Assembly: GCA_044224875.1 (NCBI GenBank)
Contig: JBGAJQ010000002.1
Coordinates: 152,185-216,184 of the forward strand
Direction: 5' to 3'
DNA length: 64,000 nucleotides
Source of the DNA: Gemmatimonadaceae bacterium
Lineage (GTDB): Bacteria > Gemmatimonadota > Gemmatimonadetes > Gemmatimonadales > Gemmatimonadaceae
The position numbers and the translations under genes were made by a program. The notes below the pieces were generated by a model. The model was not told where the DNA came from. It ran no database searches and saw only the letters and a program-made list of their open reading frames with translations. Below are positions 17,691 through 28,300 of this stretch, piece by piece. Each line of letters opens with the position of its first letter. Positions within the stretch are counted from its first letter, which is position 1.

Positions 17691-17804
17691 CTAACGCCTC
17701 CGATGCGGGTCGCGGCGGACCTGCCGTCATGTGAGGCCATCGGCTCGCGCCGAGGGCTGCGGAGGTAAAGTATGACGGACTACCGCGCCCTCGCGAGCGC
17801 GCAG

Positions 17805-19061
17805 CTAACGTAACGCCAGCGGCCGAGGGGTCCCGGGACTACTGCCGGTGAGCACGAGGATCGCGTCGTACGCCTGAAGGAACCGATCCTGTGCCGCCGT
17901 GAGCGTGGAGCCGCTCCCGAGATACTGCCGACGAACAGCGTGCATGTCGAACAGTGACCATCCGCTCGATGCCAAGGCGGGGAGGAGCCACGTGGTGTAC
18001 GGCAGTTCCACTTCTGCGTTTCCCGTCGGCTCGTATTGCCCGCTCAGGATGTTCATGCGTGTGGACTTGGAGCCGGCCCCGCCAAGCACCAAGAGGTTGA
18101 ATGCGCGCTCGCCCCGTCCCTCCGCGACGATTGTTGCAGCCGTTCCCAAGTCCAGTGTGTTCGTGTAGTTCCAGCCGCGCATCATGTGGCTGCCGCCAAA
18201 CTTGAACAGCACACGTGACGCGGGTCCGCCGCGCTCGCTGGCCGCCAGTGCCTTGGCGAAGTTCTCGCGCATGAACGCCGAGCGCATGAGGTTCGACTCG
18301 TAACCGCGTCCTTGGAGAAAGAGCCGGTTAATTCGTGCTGTGCGTTCGAACAGGTCGATGATCGCTCGCGCACGTGGCGGAATGGTCGCGCCGAATGCGG
18401 CGCGCAGAGCAGTGAAGACGGAGTCAGGCGCCGACCAAGCGAAGAGCCGCGACGGATTGTGCTGCGTAAAGACCATGGCGAAGCCGGTGTCGGCACTTTC
18501 GCGCGCCCGTCGGACGGCAGCCTTTCCTGACGGAGGCGCCAGTGCTTCCAGCTCCCGCAGGAACATCCGGTCCGCCGAGACATCGTAGTCGAGCCCCCAA
18601 ATGCGCATGGGCGGGACGTTGCCAGCGGGCCGTAGTGTAGAAGCCAGAAGGGTGCGCTCTTCGGCAAGCGTATAAAACGGAATCGACGAGTACCAGGTGG
18701 CGAGGAGCGAGTCGAGCGCGGTGTCGCTGCCGGTTTGCCCGGTCAATGCGTTCACTCGTTGGCCCTGCAACGGGCTGATTTCAATGGCGAAGGTGTTGTA
18801 CCCGGCGGGACGGAGCTCACGCAGCAGAGCCTGGACGACTTGTGGTATCTGCGCGACGCCGTGCTCCTCGCCGACGAGAAAGAAGCGAGCGCGCTTTCCC
18901 TGGTCGACGAGGAGTCGCCCGCCATCCCCTCCGAGCTGCCCATCGACGAGGCTCACCGCGTGGCGATTGGCAATCAGGATTCTGGTGAGTGCCGTGTCCT
19001 GGGCAATCAGCCCCGACCAGGGTGCGAACGCGGCAATGAGTACGGTGACGAGTTGGCGCAT
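17805..19061 (-). CDS. Secreted protein of the EreA/ChaN-like fold
   Basis: Signal peptide from ATG 19061, LVGEEHG, FAIE, IWGLD, FKFGGSH. Confidence 0.65.
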   Translation of the reverse strand: MRQLVTVLIAAFAPWSGLIAQDTALTRILIANRHAVSLVDGQLGGDGGRLLVDQGKRARFFLVGEEHGVAQIPQVVQALLRELRPAGYNTFAIEISPLQGQRVNALTGQTGSDTALDSLLATWYSSIPFYTLAEERTLLASTLRPAGNVPPMRIWGLDYDVSADRMFLRELEALAPPSGKAAVRRARESADTGFAMVFTQHNPSRLFAWSAPDSVFTALRAAFGATIPPRARAIIDLFERTARINRLFLQGRGYESNLMRSAFMRENFAKALAASERGGPASRVLFKFGGSHMMRGWNYTNTLDLGTAATIVAEGRGERAFNLLVLGGAGSKSTRMNILSGQYEPTGNAEVELPYTTWLLPALASSGWSLFDMHAVRRQYLGSGSTLTAAQDRFLQAYDAILVLTGSSPGTPRPLALR

Positions 19062-19363
19062 GCGAGCAATGTGGGGGAGTCGACACCTGCAACCTGTGGA
19101 GTGGCATGGCGCGTGGCAATTCGCCTCATCCCAATGGCAGCCAGGCCGTGAACCGGCAACCGTGGCGCGCGGCGGCACGTTGCGGTGACGAGGCCTGAGT
19201 TCTTTCACTCGCTGGATGGTGAATCGCCCCGGACTCCGCGGGTGGCGTTCCCATGTGGATCCACGCCTTCCTGACACTTTCCCATGGCTACTTGCGTTGG
19301 GGTCCCTTGCCCCCGAGTTTGCCTTGCGCCAACGAGCCCGTGTCGCTGTAACGGAGCAATGCC

Positions 19364-21973
19364 ATGAGCGGTGATCTCCAACGCGAACTTCAAGAAGTCG
19401 TTGGAGATACCTACCAGATCGAGCGCGAGTTGGGTGGGGGCGGCATGTCGCGCATTTTTGTGGCGACAGAGCGATCACTGGGCCGCCGTGTCGTGGTCAA
19501 AGTCCTTCCCCCAGACCTGGTCAGCGGGGTGAGCGAGGCGCGATTCCGGCGCGAGATCCTCGTCACGGCCAACCTACAGCATCCTCACATTCTCCCCGTA
19601 CTATCGGCGGGGGCCAACTCGGACCTGCACTACTACGTTACGCCCTACGTCGAGGGCCAGTCGCTACGCGACCGCCTAACGTTAGATGGTCCCCTATCGA
19701 CGCCTGATGCCATCCGGCTCCTCAGCGACCTCGCCGGCGCACTCGCGCATGCGCACTCGCACGGAATCATCCATCGAGACGTGAAGCCGGAAAATGTCCT
19801 GCTGTCGGGCGATCATCCGATCCTTGCCGACTTTGGGATCGCATCTGCGGTGCGACGAGCGACCCAGGCGCACCGGCTGACGGTCACCGGCGAGAACCCG
19901 GGCACGCCAGGCTACATGGCGCCGGAGACGATGATCGAGGAGCGCGAATCGGATCCGCGGATCGACGTCTTTGCCTTGGGCGTGGTCGCCTACGAGTTGT
20001 TCACCGGGAAGATGCCGTTCGATGGCGCGACACCGCATGCCATGGCCGCGTCGTATTTCCGAGCGACGCCAACGTTCGCGGGCTTCAAGAAGGACGTGCC
20101 TCCAGAGGTCATTGCCGCGATCACTCGTGCGCTGTCGACCGATCCCACCCAACGCTTTCCCGATGCGGGCGCGTTTCTGGCCGCGATACGTTCGCCGCAG
20201 GCCGGCGGGGCGCGGAGCTGGACTAACCGTCGACGGATGGTGGCCGTCGGACTTGGTGTGGCGCTCGTGGCCGCGGTCGCCTTTGTCCTGACACGACGCG
20301 CGCCAGCGTCGCCAGCGCCAGGGGAGCCGGCAGCAAGTCGCAACATGGTAGCCGTACTCCCCTTCCGGAACCTCGGCGACGCCGGTGACGCGTACTTTGC
20401 CGATGGCGTGACCGAAGAGGTCACGAGCAGACTCGCATCGTTAGGTGGGTTGGGTGTCATTTCGCGCACCAGCGCCGATCAATACGCCAACTCCACTAAA
20501 CCGTTGCGCGAGATCGCGCGCGAACTTGGGGCAGACTACGTGCTGGAGGGCAGCGTCCGATGGCAGCGCGCGCCGGGGGGAGGTGGTCGAGTGCGCGTGA
20601 CGCCGCAGCTCATTCGCGTCAGTGACGACAGTCACGTGTGGGCCGAGGCGTTGGAGGCCGACCTGAAGGACGTCTTCACCGTGCAGACGCAGATTGCCGA
20701 GAAGGTCGCTGGCGCCCTGGCGGTGGCATTGCCAGGCACGCAGCGACAACGCATGGGCGCGTCGCCGACGGCCGACCTGAAAGCGTACGATGCGTATATC
20801 AGGGCGGACCAACTCTTCACTCGCGAAGGCGCCAGTCCGACGTCGCTCGTGCGCGCCTCGGAACTTCTCACGGACGCGGTGACGTCGGATCCCCGATTTG
20901 CCTTGGCGTTCGCGCGTCTGTCGCTTGTGCACACACGGCTATACGAAATGTTCGCCGATCGCACGCCGGAGCGATTGGCGATGGCTCAAAAGGCATCGGA
21001 CTCGGCATTGGCGCTCGATCCGGCGCTGCCGGAGGGGCACCTGGCACGGGGGCGCCTGTTCGAAGGGACCGACAACCTGGCAGGCGCGGCCGCCGAATAT
21101 GAACTGGCGGAAAGCAACAAGCCTAACGACAGTCGCATCCTGGCTGCCAGTGCAGCGGTCATGGCCCGCCGAGGGATGTGGACCGAGGCCACAGCGCGCT
21201 TTCGCCGAGCGGCCCAATTGGACCCGCGCTCGATTCAGGTCAATCTGGATGCCTCGGTGGCGTCCTCGTTCTCGCGTGACTACCGGACGGCGATGCGGTA
21301 CGTCGAGCAGGCGATTCGCTCTGACTCGGGTGTCATCGATCCGTGGATTGCCAAGGGACGGATCGAGCTGTTCCTTCTTGGGGATCGCGTGCGGGCGCGC
21401 GAGACGATGCGTGGGATCATCCTGCGTTTTGGTGCGGAGCGCGCGGCATCATCCGAAGGGTTCGACTTCGCGCCGATGGTGCTGGACACGGCGGATTTGA
21501 CGACGCTATCGCGCGTACCGGCGTCGGCGTTTGGCCGAGATCCTCTGGCGTATCACTTCTTTCGTACGCAGCTCTTCGAGTCCTGGCAACCGGCACGCGC
21601 TCGCGCGCACGCAGACACCGTCTTCATGGTAGCGCAGGATCTGGTGAAGCGTGAGTCGAACAACTTTCGCGTAGCGTCTGGTGCGGCCTACATGAACGCG
21701 ATCACGGGGCAGCGCGAGGCGGCCATCACCGAGATGCGTAGGGCGTTGCAGCTCGCGCCAAGCACACGGGACCGCAGCGCCTGGTGTGAGGTGGCCACGA
21801 TGGCCGTGCGGGTGTTCACCATGCTCGGTGAGAATGACGCAGCGATCGACCAGATCGAGCAACTGGTTACCACGCCAGCCCTGATGAGTGCCGCCTTCGT
21901 GCGCGGGGAGCCGCGTGTGGCGTCACTGCGCACCTCCCCGCGATTGCAGAGCATCCTCGCGCGCGCACCCTGA
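19364..21973 (+). CDS. Ser/Thr kinase with TM, TolB-N-like and TPR domains
   Basis: GGGGMS, HRDVKPEN, DFG, GTPGYMAPE, a TM helix, VAVLPFRNL...YFADGVTEE, DYVLEGSV, then helical repeats. Confidence 0.93.
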   Translation: MSGDLQRELQEVVGDTYQIERELGGGGMSRIFVATERSLGRRVVVKVLPPDLVSGVSEARFRREILVTANLQHPHILPVLSAGANSDLHYYVTPYVEGQSLRDRLTLDGPLSTPDAIRLLSDLAGALAHAHSHGIIHRDVKPENVLLSGDHPILADFGIASAVRRATQAHRLTVTGENPGTPGYMAPETMIEERESDPRIDVFALGVVAYELFTGKMPFDGATPHAMAASYFRATPTFAGFKKDVPPEVIAAITRALSTDPTQRFPDAGAFLAAIRSPQAGGARSWTNRRRMVAVGLGVALVAAVAFVLTRRAPASPAPGEPAASRNMVAVLPFRNLGDAGDAYFADGVTEEVTSRLASLGGLGVISRTSADQYANSTKPLREIARELGADYVLEGSVRWQRAPGGGGRVRVTPQLIRVSDDSHVWAEALEADLKDVFTVQTQIAEKVAGALAVALPGTQRQRMGASPTADLKAYDAYIRADQLFTREGASPTSLVRASELLTDAVTSDPRFALAFARLSLVHTRLYEMFADRTPERLAMAQKASDSALALDPALPEGHLARGRLFEGTDNLAGAAAEYELAESNKPNDSRILAASAAVMARRGMWTEATARFRRAAQLDPRSIQVNLDASVASSFSRDYRTAMRYVEQAIRSDSGVIDPWIAKGRIELFLLGDRVRARETMRGIILRFGAERAASSEGFDFAPMVLDTADLTTLSRVPASAFGRDPLAYHFFRTQLFESWQPARARAHADTVFMVAQDLVKRESNNFRVASGAAYMNAITGQREAAITEMRRALQLAPSTRDRSAWCEVATMAVRVFTMLGENDAAIDQIEQLVTTPALMSAAFVRGEPRVASLRTSPRLQSILARAP

Positions 21974-22155
21974 GCATCGTTCACCTGCACACCGGGACGT
22001 GTCGTCGGCGTGACGACCGACACGGGTCGCGGCGAATCCCCGCTGGTGGTCGCGCGAGTGGTCGATTACCTCTCGCGCTCGTCAGGCAGCCGCTGTGCGA
22101 ATGACGCAGGCGGGCCGAGCCGTGCCGCACCACCATATCTCAAAGGAATTCGACG

Positions 22156-22905
22156 ATGAACGTACGGGGGTTAGTTTCCATCGCCATCGCCACCTGTGTC
22201 GCGGCGGGCAGCGTCCGCGGACAGGATGCCAAGAAGCCACCCACACTCGAGTTCTCTGGCGATTTGGGGCTCGTCGACGTGACGGGCAACACGTCGGTCA
22301 GCACCTTCAACTCGAATGAGCGACTGGTTCGGCGATTTGCGCACTGGGAGCTGCAACAGGTCTTTGGAGCGGTGTACGGGAAGACAGACGGGAAGGAGTC
22401 GTCGAATCTGTGGCGGTTGGGACTACGTGGCGACTACGGGTTGGGGTCGCGCTTTGCGTTGTACGGCCTGACCGCGTTTGACCGCAACAAGTTCGCTGGG
22501 ATCAAGTCGCGATTCGCGGAAGGCATCGGTCTTGTCGGCAAGGTGATCGCGACGGATGTGGATCAGTTCAATGTGGAAGGCGGATTTGAGCTGACGCAGC
22601 AGGACAATGTGGATGGCACCAGTGACAGCTTCTCGTCGTTACGAGGAGCTACCAGCTGGAAGCATGCCTTCTCGAAGGCCGCATACTTCTATCAATCGGC
22701 GGAATTCCTGCCCAATCTGAACGACAGCAAGGACCTCCGCATCAATACCGAGACCTCGGTGGTGGCACCGCTGTCGGCCCACATCGGGATGAAGTTTTCG
22801 TACGTGGTGCGCTTCGACAACCTGCCGTCGCTCAATGCCGCCGGTACTGAACGGTTGCAGAAGTCTGATCGCATTCTTTCAGCCGGGATACAGGTGTCTT
22901 ACTAA
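22156..22905 (+). CDS. DUF481-like outer-membrane beta-barrel protein
   Basis: Signal peptide, TGNT motif, DRNKFAGI, alternating beta pattern, terminal aromatic residue (QVSY). Confidence 0.8.
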   Translation: MNVRGLVSIAIATCVAAGSVRGQDAKKPPTLEFSGDLGLVDVTGNTSVSTFNSNERLVRRFAHWELQQVFGAVYGKTDGKESSNLWRLGLRGDYGLGSRFALYGLTAFDRNKFAGIKSRFAEGIGLVGKVIATDVDQFNVEGGFELTQQDNVDGTSDSFSSLRGATSWKHAFSKAAYFYQSAEFLPNLNDSKDLRINTETSVVAPLSAHIGMKFSYVVRFDNLPSLNAAGTERLQKSDRILSAGIQVSY

Positions 22906-23066
22906 GGGCCTACATCGAGTTCGCGATGCCGACGAGCTGAAGCGCACGAGATGCACCGAATGCGATCTTGAGCACAGCGAGCCCGACCGGGCCGACCTGA
23001 GATTGGTCGGCCCGCTGCGTTTGAGGGGCGCACGGTAGCGTCACCGACATTCCGGCCCGTCTGGGG

Positions 23067-24389
23067 TTGGAGATCCGCGAGGTCCAAGGAGTGCCCTTGG
23101 TTGCATCTGACTCCACCATAGGCCCACCGCCTGCGACCGCCGATCGCGCAGCGGCCGGTCGGATCCCCGTGTTGGATGGGGTGCGCGGCGTTGCCGTGCT
23201 GCTGGTCATGTTCGCCCATTTTGGCAAGCCTGACACGGACGGATTTGGCGTCACGCTGGAACGCGGCATCTCGTCGTTCGGCTGGGCGGGAGTTGACCTG
23301 TTCTTTGTGCTCTCGGGTTTCCTGATCACGGGAATCCTTCTCGACACGCGCGAGTCACCGTCGTTCTTTCGGACGTTCTATACACGTCGCTTTCTTCGCA
23401 TCTTCCCGCTGTACTACGCCTTTCTCGCGATCGTGCTTTGGTTGTGGGGCCCGCGGGCGGGTGCGGATGAGGCACAGCGGCAAGGATGGCTTTGGGCGTA
23501 CCTCACGAACTTCGACATTGTGCGGCACGGCGTGTTTTTTGGCGCGTCGTCGGTGCTGAACCACCTGTGGTCATTGGCGGTGGAGGAGCACTTCTACTTC
23601 GTGTGGCCGTTCTTCGTCTTCCTGCTGGATCGTCGTCGCTTGGCGATGGTAGCGGTCCTGGGTCTGGTTGGCGCCGAGGTGGCCCGGATCGGGTTGCAGC
23701 TGCATGGATCGCGAGCCATTGCCGCCTACATGCTGACGCCAACACGGGTGGACGGGCTGGCGATTGGTGCCTTGCTGGCCATCCTCGCGCGATCCCCCGG
23801 AGAAATCTGCCAGGTGGAAGCCGTATGCCGCGTCGCTACTCGTGGCGGCGGTCGTGGCGATTGGCTACGTGTTCACGCAGGAGCCGCGCTACAACCCTGG
23901 AAGGTCGTACCCATTGCGCTCCCGGCCCTGGCGATCGGGTTCGGTGCAATGTTGCTGCTGGCGGTTGCGGCAGACGATGCCAGCCTGCTCGCCCGGTTCT
24001 TTCGCTCGCGCGTCCTTCGATTCTACGGCCGGTACAGCTATGGGCTGTACGTCTGGCATCCAATGGTCGGATGGACGCTCACCGGCGCCGGACTCACGCA
24101 GCATGTGATCGCGCGAGCCGTTCCCGGAGGCGCCGCCACCGCGGTGACGTCATTCCTGGTGCGCGGAGGCGTTGCGACCCTGGTGGCCCTCGTCAGCTGG
24201 AACCTCATCGAACAACCTTTCCTTCGACTGAAGGACCGCGCCACCTACGCGCCGATGAAGGCGTCGCTCGTCGAACCGGTCAATGACTCGCCGATTGGCG
24301 AGCCTTCTCCAGCCGACGTTCGACCATCCGTCGCGCGGCATGAACCGGCGATTCGTTCCGTGCCGTGGCTTCGTGGAAGATCCGACTGA
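23067..24389 (+). CDS. Acyltransferase-3 (OafA-like) membrane O-acyltransferase
   Basis: LDGVRGVAV, GVDLFFVLSGFLI, RRFLRIFP, HLWSLAVEEHFY, SYGLYVWH, IEQPF. One internal segment appears shifted in frame. Start uncertain. Confidence 0.88.
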   Translation: MEIREVQGVPLVASDSTIGPPPATADRAAAGRIPVLDGVRGVAVLLVMFAHFGKPDTDGFGVTLERGISSFGWAGVDLFFVLSGFLITGILLDTRESPSFFRTFYTRRFLRIFPLYYAFLAIVLWLWGPRAGADEAQRQGWLWAYLTNFDIVRHGVFFGASSVLNHLWSLAVEEHFYFVWPFFVFLLDRRRLAMVAVLGLVGAEVARIGLQLHGSRAIAAYMLTPTRVDGLAIGALLAILARSPGEICQVEAVCRVATRGGGRGDWLRVHAGAALQPWKVVPIALPALAIGFGAMLLLAVAADDASLLARFFRSRVLRFYGRYSYGLYVWHPMVGWTLTGAGLTQHVIARAVPGGAATAVTSFLVRGGVATLVALVSWNLIEQPFLRLKDRATYAPMKASLVEPVNDSPIGEPSPADVRPSVARHEPAIRSVPWLRGRSD

Positions 24390-25407
24390 GTCGCGGATGC
24401 ATCGCCTGGATCTCTTCTTCGATCGCCTTGAACGAGGCGCCGTCGTCCACCATCGCCAGGGAAACGGCGCCTGCCCCGTTGACCACGTAGTCGGGGGCAA
24501 GGAGGATGCCCCGCGCGTGCAGACGCTCGGCGTCTTCGGGTTCGCGCAGCACGTTATTGGCGGAGCCGGCGATCACGCGACATTTCAATTTCGGGATGGT
24601 GGTCGCGTCGACCGTGGCTCCCACGGAGCACGGGGCGTAGATGTCACACGGTGTCTCGTAAAGAGTGGCTGACGGCACCACCTGTGCGTCAAGCTCGCGC
24701 GCCAGGTGCTGAACCTTTTCGTCGTTGAGATCGTTCAGCAGGACGACCGCCCCCGCCTTCTTCAGCGATCGCGCCAGTGGTGCGCCGGTATCGCCAACGC
24801 CTTGTACCAGGACGCGGACACCCGTGAGGCCGTCAGCACCGGTGACGTGCTGCCACGAGGCTTTCATCCCCACGAACACGCCTAACGCGGTGTAGATCCC
24901 AGGGTCGTACGGTGCCTTGAGGTTCCAGTCGTAGCAGTGCACGTAGCGGGTTTCGGTCGCCAGCAGTCCCATGTCGTCCGGGGTCGTGCCGATGTCTGGA
25001 CCGGTACCATAGCGCCCGTTCAGCGAATCGATCATGCGGCCAAAGCGCCGGAGCAACGCGGTTCGCGCCTCGCCACTGATGGGGTTCCGGAGCGCGATGA
25101 CTGCCTTGCCGCCACCGTAGTCCACGTCGATCGCCGCCCACTTCTGCGTCATCCCTTCAGCGAGCCGGAGGGCATCCCACAGTCCCTCGGCGGGCGACGG
25201 GTACACCTTCAGTCGACATCCACCAACGGCGCGCTTGCCGTGTGTGGCATGAATCGCAATGAACATCCAGGCGCCGGTCTCACGGTCGTAGCGTACGACG
25301 ACTTCTTCGCCAGGCCATGCCGCGATCAGTTCTGCCCAGGATTGGGTCACAGGCGTCTCCGCTGGTGTGGTTGAAAGGACACGCGAAATTCCAACCATGT
25401 CAAGCAT
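24280..25407 (-). CDS. Glu/Leu/Phe/Val dehydrogenase (leucine dehydrogenase-like)
   Basis: GGCRL, GMTQK, GGGKAVI, VQGVGDTG, AGSANN, PDYVVNGAG. Start uncertain. Confidence 0.92.
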   Translation of the reverse strand: MLDMVGISRVLSTTPAETPVTQSWAELIAAWPGEEVVVRYDRETGAWMFIAIHATHGKRAVGGCRLKVYPSPAEGLWDALRLAEGMTQKWAAIDVDYGGGKAVIALRNPISGEARTALLRRFGRMIDSLNGRYGTGPDIGTTPDDMGLLATETRYVHCYDWNLKAPYDPGIYTALGVFVGMKASWQHVTGADGLTGVRVLVQGVGDTGAPLARSLKKAGAVVLLNDLNDEKVQHLARELDAQVVPSATLYETPCDIYAPCSVGATVDATTIPKLKCRVIAGSANNVLREPEDAERLHARGILLAPDYVVNGAGAVSLAMVDDGASFKAIEEEIQAMHPRLSRIFHEATARNESPVHAARRMVERRLEKARQSASH

Positions 25408-25500
25408 CGGTGCCGGGTCGTACGTCCGATGCGGCGTCCCCTTCCGCCCGGGGGACGCATGGTGCAATCTCTCGGAACCCCGCTGCGAAAGGGAACGCCG

Positions 25501-27129
25501 ATGCGCCCACGTCCATTCCTCGCCGTTCTGGCTCTCTGCTCATCCGTCCTCTCCGCGCAAGGGAAGGCGCCGGAGTCGGAGCGCATCACCCAACAGAAGT
25601 TGCGAGCCGACCTGATGTTCCTTGCCGGCGACGGGTTCAAGGGGCGGCTCACCAACACACCAGAGAACGACCTCGCCCTGGAGTGGGTGAAGTCTCGCTT
25701 CGAGGCATTCGGACTCAAGCCGATGGGCCCTGGAGGTTCGTACTTCCAGTCGTTCAATCTCATCACTTCAACGTTAGGCGCAGGCAACCTCCTGCAGGTC
25801 ACGGTGAATGGCGGCACGCAGCAATACGACATCGGCAACGACTTCTACCCGTTGCGCCACAGTGTTTCGGGCAAGTCGAGTGGTGCCGTGGTCTTTGCGG
25901 GTTACGGCATCGGTGCCAAGTCGCTCGGCTACGATGACCTGTCTGGAGATGTGAAGGGGAAGATCCTACTCGTGCTCGATCACGAACCGGGCGAGGCGGA
26001 CGCCAACAGCCGATTCGACGGACTGGTGACGTCTGAATACGCGAACGTGATGAAGAAGACGATCGCCGCCCAGGAGCGTGGTGCGATCGGCGTACTGGTC
26101 GTCAGCGACGTCAACGCGCACCCGGGACCGGAAAACTTCGAGGCCGGCCAGCGGTTCTACTGGCCTGACCAACCGCCACGAATCGAACGTTACCTGCTTG
26201 GTCTGTGGGCGGAACAGGTGCGCATTCCCGCGGCCCAGATTTCGGCGTCCCTGGCAGAGTCCCTCGTTCGCGGCACGGGTAAGACGCTCGTCGAATTGGC
26301 ACGAGCCGCGGACAACCGCCAGGGTTCGACCCCTCTCGTCCTGCCTAACGTCACGGTGACGCTGAACACGGCCGTCGATCGGCATGTCGTTCGCGATCGG
26401 AACGTCGTGGCGGCGTTGGAAGGGAGCGACCCCACACTCAAGGAGGAGTGGGTGATTGTCGATGGTCACCCGGACCACGACGGCGGTGAGGGAGACCAGA
26501 TCAGGAACGGAGCTGACGACAATGCATCAGGAACCGTCGGTCTGGTGGCCATTGCCGAAGCCTACGCCGCCGCCGCGGCCAAGGGCCAGCGCCCCAAGCG
26601 ATCCATACTCTTCGCGTCCTTCAATTCCGAAGAGCGCGGACTGTTGGGTGCCTGGGCGTTCGCGGAGGCCCCGCTCGTTCCGCTAGATCGCATCGTGGCG
26701 GTGCTGAACATGGACATGATCGGCAGGAACGAAGAGGTCCCCGAAGGGGGTGGTGCGCGTTTCCGCGGCCTTCCCGTGCAGAGTGCCGAGTCGAACAACA
26801 ACTCGCTGACGTTGCTCGGTTGGAGCCGGAGTCCGTCGCTGACCGCCGCGGTCGAAGGGGCCAACAAGGAGATCGGCCTCACGCTCAAGAAGGACTACGA
26901 CAACAATGTCTCCAATCTCATTCGTCGGAGCGATCACTGGCCGTTCCTGCAGCATGGCGTGCCTGGCATCTGGTTTCACACAGGCCTGCACCCAGACTAT
27001 CACACGATCTTCGACGATCCGGAGAAGATCAACTACGTGAAGATGGAGAAGGTCGCGCGGCTGGTGCACCAGACGAGCTGGGACCTTGCGCAGAGTGGCA
27101 CACGGCCGAAGATCGCGATGGACAACTGA
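25501..27129 (+). CDS. Secreted M28-family metallopeptidase with a PA domain
   Basis: Signal peptide, VVFAGYGI, GHPDH, NGADDNASG, SEERGLLG, NMDMIGR, RSDH, HPDYH. Confidence 0.92.
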   Translation: MRPRPFLAVLALCSSVLSAQGKAPESERITQQKLRADLMFLAGDGFKGRLTNTPENDLALEWVKSRFEAFGLKPMGPGGSYFQSFNLITSTLGAGNLLQVTVNGGTQQYDIGNDFYPLRHSVSGKSSGAVVFAGYGIGAKSLGYDDLSGDVKGKILLVLDHEPGEADANSRFDGLVTSEYANVMKKTIAAQERGAIGVLVVSDVNAHPGPENFEAGQRFYWPDQPPRIERYLLGLWAEQVRIPAAQISASLAESLVRGTGKTLVELARAADNRQGSTPLVLPNVTVTLNTAVDRHVVRDRNVVAALEGSDPTLKEEWVIVDGHPDHDGGEGDQIRNGADDNASGTVGLVAIAEAYAAAAAKGQRPKRSILFASFNSEERGLLGAWAFAEAPLVPLDRIVAVLNMDMIGRNEEVPEGGGARFRGLPVQSAESNNNSLTLLGWSRSPSLTAAVEGANKEIGLTLKKDYDNNVSNLIRRSDHWPFLQHGVPGIWFHTGLHPDYHTIFDDPEKINYVKMEKVARLVHQTSWDLAQSGTRPKIAMDN

Positions 27130-27148
27130 ACCGGGGTCAGGGGTCACG

Positions 27149-28300
27149 ATGAGCCACGAACTTTCACGACGGGATTGGCTGACGCGCCTTGGCGCGTGTG
27201 CGAGTCTTGGAGTTGGCGGGCAATTGCTCTCCGCCAGCCTAACGTCGGCGGACGCCGAGACGCCAGCGTTTCGGCACGCGCCCCCATCGGAGCCGGCGGG
27301 GATCGTCCGCCTCGACCGAAACGAGAGTCCATATCCACCCTCTCCAAGTGCCGTGGCGGCGATGTCTGCCTCACTCGGCGGTTCTAACCGGTACGCGCAC
27401 GACGCAAGAGACGTCCTGACGGCGAAGCTGGCCAAGCTGAACGGGCTGCCGGTGGAAAACGTGCTCGTCGGCGACGGGTCCACAGAGGCCATGGGGCTCC
27501 TTGCCGGCACACTCTTCCGCGATGGAGGCCAGATCGTTTCGGCGGCTCGAACGTTCGGCGTCCTGCAACGAAACGTGGAGCGACTTGGCGGCACATGGGT
27601 GAAGGCGAAGATGCGGCCGGACATGCAGGTCGACATGTCCGCGATTGCCAGCGCGATTACCCAGAGCACGCGGGCGGTGTACCTGTGCAATCCGAACAAT
27701 CCCACGGGAACACTGGTTCCGGCGCACACGTTCCGCGAGGCGGTGTTGGAGATGTCCAAGCGCACGCTGGTGGTCATTGACGAGGCGTATGCCGATTACC
27801 TGTCTCCGAGCGACCGCGCCGAGCTCGTCTCGCTCGTTGGTGCTGGCGAGAACGTCTGCATCCTTCGCACCTTCTCCAAGATCCACGGGTTGGCTGGCAT
27901 GCGTGTGGGCTGCGCGATGGGTCGGAAAGAGCTGCTCGTCAGGTTGCGACGGGCAGAGTGGGGGACGCAGATGACGAACCTCGCGGGACTGGTGGGCGCC
28001 GCCGCGAGCCTGGACGACACGGCACACATTTCGGAGATCCGCAAGCGCAACGCCGAGGTGATGGCACATACGCAGGCGATGCTGAAGACGAAGGGCTATG
28101 CGCCCATCCCCTCGACGGCGAACCACATCTGGTTCGCCGTGCGTGGTCCTGCCGCCAGGTTCCGCGAGCGGATGGCCAGTGCGGGATACGCCGTGGTGGC
28201 CAGTAGTGAGGCTGACGGCGAGTGGTGTCGTCTGACGCTGGGCACCATGGACCAAATGCGCGGTTTCGAGAAGGTGCTGTCGCCAGCGGCTGGCTCCTGA
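27149..28300 (+). CDS. Tat-exported HisC-like class I/II PLP aminotransferase
   Basis: SRRDWL Tat motif, NESPY, CNPNNPTG, DEAY, RTFSKIHGLAGMRVG. Confidence 0.88.
   Translation: MSHELSRRDWLTRLGACASLGVGGQLLSASLTSADAETPAFRHAPPSEPAGIVRLDRNESPYPPSPSAVAAMSASLGGSNRYAHDARDVLTAKLAKLNGLPVENVLVGDGSTEAMGLLAGTLFRDGGQIVSAARTFGVLQRNVERLGGTWVKAKMRPDMQVDMSAIASAITQSTRAVYLCNPNNPTGTLVPAHTFREAVLEMSKRTLVVIDEAYADYLSPSDRAELVSLVGAGENVCILRTFSKIHGLAGMRVGCAMGRKELLVRLRRAEWGTQMTNLAGLVGAAASLDDTAHISEIRKRNAEVMAHTQAMLKTKGYAPIPSTANHIWFAVRGPAARFRERMASAGYAVVASSEADGEWCRLTLGTMDQMRGFEKVLSPAAGS

Noticed and set aside
15384..17768. 794-aa plus-strand ORF
   Set aside because: Antisense shadow of the acyl-CoA dehydrogenase and the neighbouring gene. 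It has no motifs, and such ORFs are expected in high-GC DNA.
19102..19120. Sigma-54-like TGGCA motif upstream of the kinase gene
   Set aside because: No TTGC at the required -12 spacing.
27149..28300. Calling this gene hisC
   Set aside because: It carries a Tat signal and has no his-operon context.
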